Assembly (NCBI GenBank): GCA_963806185.1
Contig: CAWDXE010000004.1
Coordinates: 192,001 to 256,000 of the forward strand
Length of the DNA: 64,000 nucleotides
Direction: 5' to 3'
DNA from: an uncultured candidate division Zixibacteria bacterium
GTDB taxonomy: Bacteria; Zixibacteria; MSB-5A5; GN15; FEB-12
This document shows, one piece after another, positions 46,040 to 58,064 of this stretch (position 1 is its first letter; each line of letters begins with the position of its first letter). The notes under the pieces were generated by a model. The model saw only the letters and a list, made by a program, of their open reading frames with translations. It had not been told where the DNA came from and made no database searches. A program made the translations under genes and the position numbers.

Positions 46040-46666
46040 TTACTTTACAACCTTGAAAATATACGGTCCGCGCCATTCCGGCTTTTCGACGATATTCGGA
46101 TTCGGAGTACCGAATTTCCACTTACCGCCCGGCGGGAAAAAGGTCGAGTCGATGGTCAGCGTGCCGGGTGTCGGGACGATCATTTCCATCGAAAGCACTT
46201 TTTGCTTTGGATGGGGGAGGTAGCGCTGCTTGACCACTGCGCCGCCGAAGCCGATCGTGTCGGGCAGGTTGCCGTCCCAGTCTTTCACGGCCACAAACAC
46301 ACCGCCCAGATCCCAGATCGACTTGTCGTTCCAGCCGTTGAAGCCTTTGATATCGGGTGCCTTCGGGTTGATGCAGGTCGCGGCATCACCGACGTGAATA
46401 ACTTTCGGAATGTCGGGTGACGTGAGCTTGAATCCGGTGGTGAAGCCGCGCTGTTCCTTGGCGTTCATCCAGTAAATGTCGACAGTCACCTTCTCGCCGG
46501 CTTTGATCGTGCTGTCGTTGAGGGCGCCGGGGCCCGAAATCTTCATTGAGACTTCCGCCAGGGGTTTGTTCACTGTAGCCGCGACCGGCTTGTCCTGGGC
46601 CATGATCGCACCGGCCGCCAAAGCGACTACCGCTGTCACGAAAGATACACGTGTAATGATTCCCAT
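46040..46666 (-). CDS. Secreted hypothetical beta-sandwich protein
   Basis: Signal peptide; motifs GFTTGF, PDTIGFGG, IDSTFFPPGGKW. Confidence 0.6.
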   Translation of the reverse strand: MGIITRVSFVTAVVALAAGAIMAQDKPVAATVNKPLAEVSMKISGPGALNDSTIKAGEKVTVDIYWMNAKEQRGFTTGFKLTSPDIPKVIHVGDAATCINPKAPDIKGFNGWNDKSIWDLGGVFVAVKDWDGNLPDTIGFGGAVVKQRYLPHPKQKVLSMEMIVPTPGTLTIDSTFFPPGGKWKFGTPNPNIVEKPEWRGPYIFKVVK

Positions 46667-47004
46667 CCTTCTCTCCAGTGTGAATATAGGTTAACCGTTT
46701 GTTATCCAGAGTCTTTCGCGGCTAAACATAGATACGCCGTTTCGCCTTGTCAACCCCTATCGACTTTGCATACAAAAAAGTCGGATATTAACTTGACTGG
46801 CCTCACCGGCCGCGTAAGGGGCAGAATAGTCCGCCGCTCTGTTGTCATACTCCGTTGTACAACCCGCTCCACGAATAGTTCAGATCGTGGTGGGGGCTGA
46901 TTCCGAGGCGAAAGTCGACACCTATCACCAATAATGTAGGTTTTTTCGTTTGACTGAACACTCATCTGGCGGTAATTTCGCGTTCCTAAGGAAAGGGAAC
47001 GCGT

Positions 47005-47733
47005 ATGACCACGCTAGTTAACACGCCATCGACAACCGGTCTTCCCACACAGTTGATTACCTCTTCTGTCGGTAAGAAATTTCTGATGGCTATTTCCGGC
47101 GTCATTGCCTTCGGGTATGTCGTCGGGCATATGATCGGCAATCTGCAAATCTTCGCCGGGCGCGATCAAATCAATGCGTATGCCGAGTTCCTCCATAGCC
47201 TCGGCCCCATGCTCTGGGTTATCAGGGCGTTCCTGCTCCTCGCCTTCATCGTTCATATCTGGCTGGGTGTGCAGCTCAAACTGGAAAATATGGCGGCGCG
47301 TCCGATTGGCTATCAACGCAAAGAATACACCAAAGCCAGCCTGGCGTCGCGTACCATGATAATCTCCGGACTGATTGTCCTCGCCTTTTTCATCTACCAT
47401 ATTCTTCATTTTACGGCTCGCGTCGCCGACCCGCGCTTTGCCTCTCTGGCGCTTGATTCGCAGGGGCGGTACGACGTCTACTCGATGGTCATCCTTGGTT
47501 TCCAGAACATTCCGATCGCTGTGTTTTATCTCCTGGCTGTCGGCCTGGCGACTTTTCACCTATCGCACGGCATGGCCAGCATGTTCCAGTCGCTGGGGTG
47601 GAGTAATCCCAAATGGCAGGTCATTCTCGACCGACTGGCCTGGATTGTCTCGATAATTCTTTTCCTGGGATATTCGTCCATACCGGTGAGTGTCTGGTTC
47701 GGCTGGATCAGACTGCCGGGAGGAGGCTTGTAA
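47005..47733 (+). CDS. sdhC: Succinate dehydrogenase/fumarate reductase cytochrome b subunit
   Basis: [28 protein letters not shown]. Confidence 0.92.
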   Translation: MTTLVNTPSTTGLPTQLITSSVGKKFLMAISGVIAFGYVVGHMIGNLQIFAGRDQINAYAEFLHSLGPMLWVIRAFLLLAFIVHIWLGVQLKLENMAARPIGYQRKEYTKASLASRTMIISGLIVLAFFIYHILHFTARVADPRFASLALDSQGRYDVYSMVILGFQNIPIAVFYLLAVGLATFHLSHGMASMFQSLGWSNPKWQVILDRLAWIVSIILFLGYSSIPVSVWFGWIRLPGGGL

Positions 47734-47734
47734 A

Positions 47735-49648
47735 ATGGCACTCGATGCAAAAATTCCTTCCGGTCCAATAGAGCAGAAGTGGGACAACCACATCGCTCAC
47801 ATGAAGCTGATCAATCCGGCCAACAAGCGCAAATTCGACGTTATCGTGGTTGGCTCCGGGCTGGCCGGTGCGTCAGCCGCCGCGTCGCTGGCTGAACTCG
47901 GCTACAATGTCACCTGCTTTTGCTACCAGGATTCGCCTCGACGCGCGCATTCAATCGCGGCTCAGGGTGGAATCAACGCCGCAAAGAATTACCAGAACGA
48001 CGGCGACTCGGTTTATCGTCTGTTTTATGACACGGTCAAGGGAGGCGACTTCCGTGCCCGTGAAGCGAATGTCTATCGTCTGGCCCAGGTCTCTGTCAAT
48101 ATCATCGATCAGTGCGTGGCGCAAGGGGTGCCGTTTGCCCGTGAATACGGCGGCCTGTTGGCCAATCGCTCTTTTGGCGGGGCGCAGGTCAGCCGGACAT
48201 TTTATGCCCGTGGGCAGACGGGACAACAACTTTTGCTCGGCGCCTATCAGGCGCTGGAACGGCAGATCGGTCTCGGCAAGGTGAAGATGAATACTCGGTC
48301 GGAGATGCTTGACCTGGTGCTCGTTAACGGAGTCGCCCGCGGAATCGTCGTACGCGATATGGTGACCGGAAAGGTCTCCTCCTGCGCCGCCCACGCGGTC
48401 GTGCTGGCGACCGGCGGCTACGGCAATGTCTTCTATCTATCGACCAATGCGATCGGCTGCAATGTGACGGCGATCTATCGGGCCTATAAGCGCGGTGCGC
48501 TTTTCGCCAACCCGTGTTACACGCAGATTCACCCGACTTGTATTCCGGTGAGCGGCGACCATCAATCCAAATTGACGTTGATGTCGGAATCATTGCGCAA
48601 CGACGGCCGCATCTGGGTCCCGAAGAAAAAGGGCGATAAGCGGCCGCCCGACCAGATTCCGGAGAGCGAGCGCGATTATTTCCTGGAGCGCAAGTATCCC
48701 AGTTACGGCAACCTTGCTCCCCGAGATATCTCGTCGCGGAGCGCCAAAGAAGCCTGCGACGATGGCCGGGGAGTGGGCGAATCCGGCTTCGGCGTCTATC
48801 TCGACTTTTCTGAATCAATTTCCCGCCTCGGTGCCTCGGTCATTCGTGAACGGTACGGCAATCTTTTCGATATGTACCAACGCATCACGGCCGAAAATCC
48901 GTATGAAGTTCCGATGCGAATCTACCCCGCGTCACATTATACCATGGGCGGTCTCTGGGTGGACTATAATTTGATGAGCAATATCCCGGGCCTCTTTGTT
49001 TTGGGTGAAGCAAACTTCTCCGATCATGGCGCCAATCGGCTCGGCGCAAGCGCATTGATGCAAGGTCTGGCGGACGGTTACTTCGTCATCCCGTATACGA
49101 TTGGCGATTACCTGGCCGGGGTCGGCGCGTCCAAAGTGTCGACCGACCTCCCCGAATTCCGGCAAGTCGAACAAGAAGTGACCGAACGAACCAGGAAGCT
49201 GTTGAACGTGAAAGGAAAGCGCACGGCCAACTCGTTCCACAAGGAACTTGGCAAGATCATGTGGGAGCACTCCGGCATGGCGCGCGATCGGAAGGGCCTG
49301 CAGGAAGCACTGCAATTGATCCCCAAACTGCGCGACGAATTCTGGCAAAATGTCACGGTGCTGGGGGCCAACGAAGAAATGAATCATTCTCTCGAACGCG
49401 CCGGTCGGGTGGCCGATTTTCTGGAATTCGGCGAGTTGCTCTGTCAGGATGCCCTCGATCGCGAGGAATCGTGCGGATCGCATTTCCGGACGGAGTATCA
49501 GACGCCCGACGGCGAGGCGTTGCGCAACGATGAGAAATACATGTATGTAGCGGCGTGGGAGCATACCGGCGTCGGGAAACCGGCGGTTCTGCACAAAGAG
49601 CCACTGACTTTTGAAACCGTCAAGCCGGCCACGAGGAGTTACAAATGA
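47735..49648 (+). CDS. sdhA: Succinate dehydrogenase/fumarate reductase flavoprotein
   Basis: [32 protein letters not shown]. Confidence 0.95.
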   Translation: MALDAKIPSGPIEQKWDNHIAHMKLINPANKRKFDVIVVGSGLAGASAAASLAELGYNVTCFCYQDSPRRAHSIAAQGGINAAKNYQNDGDSVYRLFYDTVKGGDFRAREANVYRLAQVSVNIIDQCVAQGVPFAREYGGLLANRSFGGAQVSRTFYARGQTGQQLLLGAYQALERQIGLGKVKMNTRSEMLDLVLVNGVARGIVVRDMVTGKVSSCAAHAVVLATGGYGNVFYLSTNAIGCNVTAIYRAYKRGALFANPCYTQIHPTCIPVSGDHQSKLTLMSESLRNDGRIWVPKKKGDKRPPDQIPESERDYFLERKYPSYGNLAPRDISSRSAKEACDDGRGVGESGFGVYLDFSESISRLGASVIRERYGNLFDMYQRITAENPYEVPMRIYPASHYTMGGLWVDYNLMSNIPGLFVLGEANFSDHGANRLGASALMQGLADGYFVIPYTIGDYLAGVGASKVSTDLPEFRQVEQEVTERTRKLLNVKGKRTANSFHKELGKIMWEHSGMARDRKGLQEALQLIPKLRDEFWQNVTVLGANEEMNHSLERAGRVADFLEFGELLCQDALDREESCGSHFRTEYQTPDGEALRNDEKYMYVAAWEHTGVGKPAVLHKEPLTFETVKPATRSYK

Positions 49649-50421
49649 ACCTGACTCTGCACGTCTGGCGTCAGAAGAATGCCGCCGATAAGGGCCGACT
49701 GGAAAAATTCGAGGCCCGTGACATCAGCCCCGATATGTCATTTCTCGAAATGCTCGATATTGTCAACGAAGGCTTGATTGTTCAGGGTGTCGACCCGATT
49801 CATTTCGATCACGATTGCCGCGAGGGCATCTGCGGCATGTGTTCGCTGGTTATCAATGGTGTGCCCCACGGAGGGGAAAGGGGAACCACTGTTTGCCAGT
49901 TGCATATGCGCCATTTTCGCGACGGCGATGAAATCTATATCGAGCCGTGGCGGGCGAAAGCTTTCCCCGTGGTCAAGGATCTGGTCGTCGATCGGTCGGC
50001 GTTGGATCGCATCATCCAGGCCGGCGGGTTTGTTTCCGTAAATACGGGCGGAACGCCCGACGGTAACGCCATTCCGATCCGGAAAATCATGGCTGACAAA
50101 GCGATGGATGCCGCTGCCTGTATCGGGTGTGGTGCGTGTGTGGCCGCCTGCAAGAATGCGTCGGCGATGCTCTTTGTCTCAGCCAAAGTCGCGCAACTCG
50201 CTTTCCTCCCGCAGGGACAGGTTGAACGTGAAGACCGGGTGACCAGAATGATCGCCCAGATGGACGAAGAACAATTCGGCGCCTGTACCAACCAGTTCGA
50301 ATGCGAGGCGGTCTGCCCCAAGGAAATCTCCGTCGAGATGATCGCCAAGATGCACCGCGAATATGGTCGGGCGCTTGTCGCCAGACCAGCTCCCAGCAAA
50401 GTAGTCCTCGGCGGCGCGTAA
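49645..50421 (+). CDS. sdhB: Succinate dehydrogenase/fumarate reductase Fe-S subunit
   Basis: [32 protein letters not shown]. Confidence 0.95.
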   Translation: MNLTLHVWRQKNAADKGRLEKFEARDISPDMSFLEMLDIVNEGLIVQGVDPIHFDHDCREGICGMCSLVINGVPHGGERGTTVCQLHMRHFRDGDEIYIEPWRAKAFPVVKDLVVDRSALDRIIQAGGFVSVNTGGTPDGNAIPIRKIMADKAMDAAACIGCGACVAACKNASAMLFVSAKVAQLAFLPQGQVEREDRVTRMIAQMDEEQFGACTNQFECEAVCPKEISVEMIAKMHREYGRALVARPAPSKVVLGGA

Positions 50422-50448
50422 GCCTGGCTGAATTTCCCGTTAATTTTG

Positions 50449-50482
50449 ACCACTGGGCACAAGTCCGGTGGTTTCTCTTTTT
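50449..50482 (+). terminator. Probable terminator after sdhB
   Basis: ACCACTGGGC-ACAA-GTCCGGTGGT followed by TTCTCTTTTT. Confidence 0.6.
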
Positions 50483-50607
50483 GTCTCCGGCGCGACCGCT
50501 GATAGCGTCTTGATTCGAGCGCGTCGCGAAAATCCACTGGAAAGACCAGCCCAAATGCCGTACCTTTCACCGGCAGATATCAAACTCGAAACGGAATTGG
50601 CAAGATT

Positions 50608-51687
50608 TTGACTCAACATATTTCGCCCCAACAGCCATCGCTGATCGTCGAGTCGTCACCTTTCCCCTATGGTGCAGCCGAACCGGCAGTAACCGTCGTT
50701 CGCGGAAAAACGGTAGAGGCAGTTCATTATGCCTCCATCGCCGTCGTTGACAGCAAGGGCAACGTCACTCATGCACTGGGCGACGCCGCCATGGTCACGA
50801 TGGCTCGCTCTTCCATCAAGCCGTTTCAGGCGATGCCGTTGGTTCAGACCGGCGCTGCTGATCGGTACAAGTTTACTCCTGAGCAATTATCTATATGTTG
50901 CGGCTCGCATTCGGGAACTGACGATCACGTGCGGATCGTGAAATGGAATCTGGCCGCCGCCGGCAATCTTCCTGAGTACCTCAAGTGCGGTTGCCACCGC
51001 CCGATTTTCATGCAGCAGGACGAAAGCTGGCCGGCCAACGGGGAAGACAAGGACTCGCTCCGGCACAATTGTTCGGGTAAACACTCCGGCTTTCTCGCCC
51101 TGGCCCGACATCTCGATGTCCCGGTCGAGGACTATCTGAAACCGGAGAGCCAATCGCAGAAACTGGTCAAGTCGGCTGTCTCCCGGATGTGCGATTACCC
51201 CGAAGACCAGATGTTCCTCGGCACCGATGGCTGTTCGGCCCCGAATTTCCCTTTGCCGATCAAGAACCTGGCGCTCGGATTCAGACGTCTGGCCAATCCG
51301 ATTGATCAGCCGGAAGATACGAGCGCGATCCTGCGAACCATCAAGGCCGCGATGACATCGTATCCAATTATGTTCTCCGGTCTCAAGCGACTGGACTATG
51401 CTCTCATGTGCACGTTCCCGGGGAATATCGTCTGCAAAGGCGGAGCCGAAGCCCTGCAGGCGATCGGCTTTACCGAACCGAACATCGGCATTGTCGTAAA
51501 GGTGCACGACGGTGGCGCCCGGGCTATTGGTTGTATCGTCGTGGAGACTTTGCGCCAGTTGGGCCTGATTTTGCCCTCCGATGATGCTCCGTTCCTGAAG
51601 TCGTACTGGAATCCGGATGTGCGCAACAATGCCGGTCTTGTCACTGGCAGTGTTGAACCGGTCTTCACGCTGAGAAAGGTCTCATGA
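50608..51687 (+). CDS. L-asparaginase II (Rhizobium AnsA type)
   Basis: RSSIKPFQA, SHSG, HNCSGKH, DGCSAP, KGGAEA. Confidence 0.9.
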   Translation: MTQHISPQQPSLIVESSPFPYGAAEPAVTVVRGKTVEAVHYASIAVVDSKGNVTHALGDAAMVTMARSSIKPFQAMPLVQTGAADRYKFTPEQLSICCGSHSGTDDHVRIVKWNLAAAGNLPEYLKCGCHRPIFMQQDESWPANGEDKDSLRHNCSGKHSGFLALARHLDVPVEDYLKPESQSQKLVKSAVSRMCDYPEDQMFLGTDGCSAPNFPLPIKNLALGFRRLANPIDQPEDTSAILRTIKAAMTSYPIMFSGLKRLDYALMCTFPGNIVCKGGAEALQAIGFTEPNIGIVVKVHDGGARAIGCIVVETLRQLGLILPSDDAPFLKSYWNPDVRNNAGLVTGSVEPVFTLRKVS

Positions 51688-51818
51688 ACGCCACGTTGTC
51701 AGAGACGCCGGCCTGTCGGCATCTTGGTCTTTACTATCATCGGCGGCGTGTCAAGGCCGTCACCTAGCCATCATCCTGTTCGTTGTCTGTTAACTGACCA
51801 ACCCAGCAGGAGGAAACT

Positions 51819-53225
51819 ATGTCATCCGACCGTCAACCGGCGGAACCGTACCGCATCAAATCAGTCGAGTCCATTCGACTCCTTTCGCGCCCCGAACGCG
51901 AGCTCAAGCTCAAGGCCGCCAAGTACAATCTGTTCAAGGTCGATGCTGCCGACATCTATGTTGATCTTCTCACCGACTCCGGCACCGGGGCTATGTCTGA
52001 CCGCCAGTGGGCGGCTATTATGATGGGCGATGAATCGTATGCCCGCGCCCGCTCCTTCTATCGTTTTGAGCGCACCATTCAGGATATCTTTCGCAAGAAG
52101 AAAATCATTCCCTGTCACCAGGGACGCGTGGCCGAGAATCTGATTTTCAGCACGATTCTCAAGAAGGGGCAGTACGTCGTCAACAACACCCACTTCGATA
52201 CTACGAGAGGCAATACCCTGCACAAGGGCGGCATTCCGATCGACTTGCCGTGTCGTGAGTCCCTATCCATGGATCCTCACCCTTTCAAGGGGAATATGGA
52301 TACGGCTGCGCTTGAGGATTTCATTCGTGAGAAGGGTGTCGAGAAAATCGCGATGGTCATCCTCACCATCACGAACAATTCTTGCGGCGGCCAACCTGTT
52401 TCGCTGGCCAATATCCGCGAAGTCTCCGAAATCTGCCACCGCTATGGCCTCCGCTTTTATTTTGACGCCGCCCGGTTCGCTGAGAATGCCTGGTTCATCA
52501 AGAAACGCGAGCCCGGCTTCGAAAATCAGTCCGTCCGCCAGATCGCGCAGCAAATGTTTGAGCTATGCGACGGGGTCATGATGTCAGCCAAGAAAGACGG
52601 CCTGGCCAACATGGGCGGTTTCATTGCCCTAAACGACGAGGACCTCTACGACCAGATAGCCGAACTGATGATTCTGATTGAAGGCTTTCCGACCTACGGC
52701 GGCCTGGCCGGACGCGACCTCGAGGCTGTCGCCGCCGGACTCGAAGAGGTACTGGAGTCCGACTACCTCGAATTCCGCGTGGATCAGGTGGCGTATCTGG
52801 GGAAGAGAATTGTCGAGGCCGGCATGCCGATTATCCAGCCGACCGGCGGTCATGCCGTATTTGTTGACGCGGGACGCTTGCTGCCGCACATCCCGGCATG
52901 GCAGTTCCCGGGCCAGTCGCTGTCGTGCGAGTTCTATGTCGAAGGCGGCGTGCGAACGGTGGAAATCGGCTCACTCATGTTTGGCGGAGTGGATGAGGAG
53001 ACGGGTAAGAAATTTACTGCCCGTCAGGAGCTGGTGCGCATGGCGATTCCTCGACGAGTGTTCACCAACTCGCACATGGACTATATCGCCGAAGTGGCCG
53101 AGCGAATCGTCCGGCGCAAGGATAAGATCCGCGGCATGAATATTGTCCGGGAATCGATGTACTTGCGGCATTTCACTTGTGATCTGGAAATAGCCAATGA
53201 ACAAACAACTTCGGCGAAGAAGTAG
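51819..53225 (+). CDS. tnaA: Tryptophanase (beta-eliminating lyase)
   Basis: DLLTDSGT, MSAKKD PLP lysine; FDTT and LRHFT are tryptophanase-type, whereas tyrosine phenol-lyase has FTTT/LRFFT. Confidence 0.85.
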   Translation: MSSDRQPAEPYRIKSVESIRLLSRPERELKLKAAKYNLFKVDAADIYVDLLTDSGTGAMSDRQWAAIMMGDESYARARSFYRFERTIQDIFRKKKIIPCHQGRVAENLIFSTILKKGQYVVNNTHFDTTRGNTLHKGGIPIDLPCRESLSMDPHPFKGNMDTAALEDFIREKGVEKIAMVILTITNNSCGGQPVSLANIREVSEICHRYGLRFYFDAARFAENAWFIKKREPGFENQSVRQIAQQMFELCDGVMMSAKKDGLANMGGFIALNDEDLYDQIAELMILIEGFPTYGGLAGRDLEAVAAGLEEVLESDYLEFRVDQVAYLGKRIVEAGMPIIQPTGGHAVFVDAGRLLPHIPAWQFPGQSLSCEFYVEGGVRTVEIGSLMFGGVDEETGKKFTARQELVRMAIPRRVFTNSHMDYIAEVAERIVRRKDKIRGMNIVRESMYLRHFTCDLEIANEQTTSAKK

Positions 53226-53238
53226 CGTGGGGGTACGG

Positions 53239-53826
53239 ATGAATCGTGCGATTCCTTTCGTGCTGGCTGTCGCGCTCCTGGGGGCAGGATTAGGCTGCGG
53301 CGTGCGCATCCAAACCGGCCCGGCTTCGGAAGAACAACAGACCGAGCGTGCCGAGGTAACCGGCAAGGATCAGCGTATTTCATGGAAGAATCGGTTTGAC
53401 GGCGCGTCGCAAAGACAACGAGTGGTTTACCTGAAATTCTTTATTGATTCCACCTCCGCGAATTATTTCCAGTATGGGATGAATATTGCCGACGAATGGC
53501 GGAAGGGGGAAGAGGGGCGCAAGGCCGAAATATCGGCCGATGAAATGCGGCAGACGATCGACAATTCGATCGCGAACCAGCGACCCGTATTGGAAGCGAA
53601 CGACGATGTCGTCGACTATGCGATGGGAAGAATCAAGGAAGACGCCTTCTTCGATCGTGCTACGATGGACATCATCAGTCAATTGCGCGATGGGTATTTC
53701 AGCATGTATGACGTTGTCTTTTTGCCCAACGGAACTCGCGAGGAATACCTCGACCGCCTTTACGCCGAACAGTCGCGCCTCCAGAACCTGAGCAAAGAGC
53801 TCGAAGACGATTTGGGCAGGTACTGA
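53239..53826 (+). CDS. Hypothetical lipoprotein
   Basis: Hydrophobic signal with LGC lipobox; helical body. Confidence 0.6.
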   Translation: MNRAIPFVLAVALLGAGLGCGVRIQTGPASEEQQTERAEVTGKDQRISWKNRFDGASQRQRVVYLKFFIDSTSANYFQYGMNIADEWRKGEEGRKAEISADEMRQTIDNSIANQRPVLEANDDVVDYAMGRIKEDAFFDRATMDIISQLRDGYFSMYDVVFLPNGTREEYLDRLYAEQSRLQNLSKELEDDLGRY

Positions 53827-54006
53827 TGGGCGAAATGCACTGAGGTGCATATAATAGCTGGGAGAGGGAGAGATAATCGGGAGTGTTAACGTCCTGATTG
53901 TAGTGGTTAAGTCGTTGCCGGGTAACGCACAATTTGTACATTGGCCCCCGTGGGCGCCTCTTGGCCCTGAAATTGCGTCCATCCCTCACAAATCCCCCTG
54001 AGCCAA

Positions 54007-54035
54007 TTGACTTTGGGCGGACAAAAGCGTATACT
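54007..54035 (+). promoter_or_regulatory. sigma70-type promoter upstream of porU
   Basis: TTGACT-N17-TATACT. Confidence 0.7.
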
Positions 54036-54118
54036 TTCGACGGCTAAAACTAAGAAGGGAGAGCAGCTTATCGGTTCTAGGTTAACGACTTGAATTAACT
54101 AACCCAAGGTGTACGGCG

Positions 54119-57100
54119 TTGAATTTGCGCCCGCTAACCGAGACCGAAAGTTGTCGACTGCCGAAGTCAAAGAGCTTCTCTTTGGCTGCTATGGCCCTTT
54201 CTTTGTTTGGGCCGTTTTTCGTTTTGCCCCTTCTCACTGTTTCTGTAATTGGCGCTACAAACGACCTGGCGGTCCTCACCTCCAATTCAACCAGCTTTGC
54301 ATTCACCGTCTCCGTTCCCGGCGATCTCTCCAATTTACAGCGACTTACCGGTGCCGATTCATCCATCACTTTCACCAAGACGGTGCTCGTTGGAATTCCG
54401 ACCGGTGGCTCCGCGAGAGTCGTTCGGTCCGAAGGGTACGACGCGGTTCCCGTGACTGACTTGACTGACCACCTTGCCCCCACCGCACAACTTGTTCAAC
54501 TGGCAGCGCCCACCACGGTTCGCGGTCGCCAGTATGTGGCGGTTTCCATCAACCCGATCGTGGGATCGCAAGTGTATCGCCGCGTGGTAGTCGAACTCGC
54601 CTTCGCGGGCGGACTGAGCAGCGGCGCTGCCACCGACGATCCGGTCTTTGATCGCATCTTTAGCCGGTCGATCGCCAACTATGATCAATTTGCCAGATGG
54701 CCGTCGATGCCGCTTTGACATCCCGCCGACCACATCGTTGGCGGAAATATCCGATCCGTTTGCGTCCGGCAACCCCTGGTGGAAAATGTCTGTCCGGCAA
54801 ACCGGACTCTACCGCCTTACCGGATCACAACTGCAGACCGCCGGCATTCCGCTTGGGACATCGTCGGCTGCCATTCGGATATTCAATGGCGGCGGCCTCA
54901 TGAACGAGCCGGACAACTATCGCCCCCGCCCCGAATTCAAAGAAATCGCTCTGAACATCTCCGACGGTGGTGACGGTGCGATTGACGCCGCCGATTATGT
55001 GGAATTCTACGGTGAAAGCGTCGATCGGTGGGTCTTCCCTGAGCATGCCGAACCGTATTACGCCGACAACGTGTATACGACCGACAACGTCTACTGGCTT
55101 ACCATTACCGACGATTTCGGTAATCCGCCGACCCGCATGGCCGTGACGACCGTAACTTCCGGCGGCGCGGTGGACACGACCATTTCGACCTATCGTCGAC
55201 TCCTTCATACCGAACAGGATCATCTCATTTCCGAGGATTTTGACGCATTCGTTCGCGACTACTTCGAATGGTTCTGGACCGACCAGACATCGTTTTCATT
55301 AAACGTTTCGACGCCGAATCTGGTGATCGGCGATTCCACGTGGATCAACGTGGCGGCCAACACGGCGGGCATCGGTTCGACCATCGGCTTCACCAACTTG
55401 CTGGTCAACAACCAATCGGCAGTGGGTAAGTCGTGCACGCGCACCGGCTGCACGTACTTCGCCAACAATTTCGCGATTGGCAGTAACCTGCTCGCAATGA
55501 CCATGACGCCGTTAAATACCGCCGAGGGCGTTCCACCGTACCTCAACTACGTCGAGGTCGGATATCTCAGCCGCCTGGCGCCGGTGGGTAATGAGCTCGA
55601 CTTCGCACTCGACAGCATGCTGCGCATGGCGTCAATTCAGATCACCAATTCGTTCGGCCAGACTCCCGTGATCCTCGATCTGGCCGACACGCGTCGCCCT
55701 ACCCTGGTGACCGGCTGGACCAGTCAGAGCGGCCAGCTTTCATTCGACTGGAACCTGAGCAGCCACCCGGTGAATCGATTTTACGCGGTTTCCAGTCGCC
55801 TTTCCGTGGCCAATGCAGATTTTAAAAGAGTCATCCCCACCGACCTTCGCGCTGCCGCCGGTCAGACCGACCTGATTATTGTCACCCAGCCGCAGTTCAC
55901 CTCGGCTTTAAATAGTTATGTCGCCTACCGCCAGCAAGGCGGCTATACAATCCGTATGGCACTGGTGGGCGATATCATGGATAATTTCTCGTACGGTCTG
56001 TACGATCCGACGGCGATTCGCGACTTCCTCAAATTCACCTACGAACAGTATCCGTCGCCGGCGCCGTCAGGCGTGCTGTTTGTCGGCGACGGCAATTACG
56101 ACTTTCAGAATATCCTTGGGCAGGGCCAGACCAATTATGTGCCGCCGTATATCCGAACCGCCGACGAAACCTCCAGCGACGACAATTACGTGTATTTCGG
56201 TGAATTCGGCATTCTGGACGGCGACACCAGCTATGCCGGTGATCGCGGCTATGACATGATGACGGCACGCTGGCCGGTCAAATCGACCGCGGAGATACAG
56301 ACGATTATTGGCAAGATCAGATCGTACGAGTCGGCATCGACCCTGGGAAGCTGGCGCAATCGAATCGTTCTCGTGGCCGATGACGAGTATCGTGGCTCGT
56401 ATGCCGGTGAGAGTTTCCACACAACGCAGACGGAATTTCTCGAGAAAAACTATATCCCCAAGCATTTCGTACGCAATAAAATCTACGCCTGGGACTACCC
56501 CTTTGTGAATCGCGAGAAGCCGGCGGTCAACGACGCCATCGTGAATGCCGTCAATAACGGCGCGCTCATCGTAAACTATGTCGGGCACGGCAATCCCGAA
56601 CTCTGGGCGCACGAATCGATCTTCCGCCGTTCGTCCGATCTGCCCCGACTCCACAATGCCGATCGACTGCCGTTGTTTTTCGCCGCGTCGTGCGATATCA
56701 GCTTGTTCGACGATCCGGAACGTCAGTCCATGGGCGAAGACCTCTTTCTCGCCTCAAACGATGGCGCCATCGGTGTGGTCTCAGCCAATCGCATAGTGTA
56801 TTCGCAGGACAATGCCGATTTCAATCGGGAAGTCTTCGGCGTGCTATTGGACAACACCGACCTGACTATGTGCGAAGCGATTTACGCCGCCAAGCTGCAG
56901 CGTCAATATCCCGGACCGATTCGACAGACCAACGACCAGAAGTTCGTATTCTTTGGTGACCCCCTGCTCAAACTGGCGCAGCCGCAGCTCCGTGCGGAAT
57001 TTACCCAACGGCCCGACACTCTCGTCGGTCTGGCGCCGGTACACGTGTCAGGACAGATTGTCGACGGTGATGGAAATCCGGTCCCGGTTGACGGCCAGTT

Positions 57101-58046
57101 ACAGATACTCGCTTTCGACAGCGATCGAAACAAGACGCACACCCTGTACAGCACCACGCCGCCACTTACGATTCCCTACAAGATGACCGGCCCGCAGATC
57201 TTCCGCGGCCCGGCTAACGTCGTCAGTGGATTGTTCGACTTCAGCTTCGTCACGCCTCTCGACATCACTTATGGCGGCAACGACGCTCAAATCGTGATCT
57301 ATGCCATCCTCGACTCGACTGACGCGGTCGGGCTGATTGACACCATTCAGGTCGCCACGACTATCTCGACGGCGGTTGACTCAGTCGCTCCGGCCATCAG
57401 TTTCTACCGATCGGACAGTCCGACCCCGATTACCTCCGGGTCAGTCACTGTCGGGGATACCATTCGAATCGCAATTTCGGACCTTTCCGGAATCAATTTG
57501 ACCGGCTCCCTGGGGCACGGCATCTCGGCTGAGATTGACGGGGAACTGGATATGAACGCCAATTTGACCGATAACTTTGAATATACGGTCGGGGACTTTT
57601 CGACCGGCGAAGTTCAATATTCGCTGGCCGGGCTGACGGCCGGGCGGCATGAAATCAAGATTAAGGCGTGGGATAATGCCAACAACTCGTCGTCGTCGGT
57701 TTTTTCCGCCAATATCACCGACCAGACAGCCGGGTCGCTGGCCAATGTGCTGAATTATCCCAATCCTATGATGGAGCAGACTACGTTCTATTTCGACCTC
57801 AACGCGCCGGTGCAGCGATTTACCCTCGACATTTTTACCCTCGCCGGGCGCAAGATTCGCAGTTTCAGCGGTGCCGACCTGCCCGCAGCGAGCTATCCCA
57901 ACGCCTCCTTCAGGGCGGAGTGGGACGGTACCGACCTCGCCGGCGACCGGGTCGCCAGTGGCGTCTATATCTATCGAGCGGTCGCCGAGCCTCAGGCTGG
58001 GGGCGAACCGGTCGAGTCCTTTGGAAAAGTTGTTGTTATTAACTAA
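54119..58046 (+). CDS. porU: T9SS sortase PorU (C25 peptidase), split into 54119-54718 and a +1-frame ORF ending at 58046
   Basis: ORF1 has the signal peptide and a propeptide-like region. ORF2 has WWKMSVRQTGLYRL, DPTAIRDFLK, catalytic VNYVGHG and AASC, FFGDP, IKAWDNANNSS and a CTD (NYPNP...SGVYIYR). Confidence 0.85.
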
Positions 58047-58064
58047 TACTGGGAGACCGTTTTC

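Noticed and set aside
51684..51767. 27-aa ORF (MNATLSETPACRHLGLYYHRRRVKAVT) upstream of tnaA as a TnaC-like leader
   Set aside because: It has no Trp codon and no terminal Pro-stop. The YY pair would only fit a tyrosine phenol-lyase, but the enzyme has tryptophanase residues.
54713..54719. Selenocysteine or stop read-through at the porU TGA
   Set aside because: The downstream coding sequence is in the +1 frame, so in-frame read-through would not restore PorU.
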